In this document: positions 63,999 through 64,000 of the stretch, piece by piece
Numbering within the stretch: the first letter of the stretch is position 1
Layout of the letters: every line of letters begins with the position of its first letter
From: a virus
Taxonomy: Duplodnaviria > Caudoviricetes
Virus record (IMG/VR): IMGVR_UViG_3300013121_000007
Coordinates: 1-64,000 of that record
DNA length: 64,000 nt
Strand: one strand, 5' to 3'
The notes under the pieces: model-generated
The model's database searches: none
Told to the model about the DNA's origin: nothing
Seen by the model: only the letters and a program-made list of their open reading frames with translations
Translations under genes and position numbers: made by a program

Positions 63999-64000
63999 TG

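Noticed and set aside
1-64000. Stop-codon reassignment as seen in some jumbo phages
   Set aside because: Conserved genes are full length in the standard code and end in TAG, TGA and TAA; the gap after the TAG at 57489 is explained by a frame change, not readthrough.
1-64000. tRNA/rRNA genes, integrase, portal, terminase
   Set aside because: None recognisable; intergenic gaps are short and lack cloverleaf signatures. Packaging genes presumably lie outside the window.

Overview
A 64-kb segment of a large, probably jumbo, myovirus-type phage genome. Almost all genes lie on the minus strand. The window holds a T4-like virion module at about 14.8-40.3 kb: prohead protease/scaffold, gp23-like major capsid protein, neck, sheath, tube, tail chaperone, tape measure and baseplate. 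Two glycosyltransferase/methyltransferase-rich regions flank it, and a run of small probable head-internal proteins lies at 40-64 kb. No portal, terminase, tRNA or CRISPR array is visible. The main candidate system is a SCIFF/ranthipeptide-type radical SAM-SPASM maturase (8770-13233), split by two atypical HNH inteins. It sits just downstream of three consecutive baseplate-operon genes carrying very long C-(Q/E)-x-x arrays, about 170 Cys in total by hand count, which resemble ranthipeptide cores. This suggests RiPP-style thioether cross-linking of virion proteins (inference). A second candidate system is a shared peptide tag, (M/I)GPFExxVxx(L/I)xE, on otherwise unrelated proteins. These include an ADP-ribosyltransferase-like, a 2H-phosphoesterase (Acb1-like fold), a zincin-like and, as a variant, a T3 SAMase-like protein, suggesting a capsid-packaged counter-defence cocktail. 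Also found are a canonical -1 frameshift signal at about 57.5 kb, a probable +1/-2 frameshift in the tail chaperone, a paired 13-nt regulatory motif, a candidate sRNA, and an exported thioredoxin-methyltransferase fusion missed by the ORF track. All family calls come from motif recognition by eye, not database searches.
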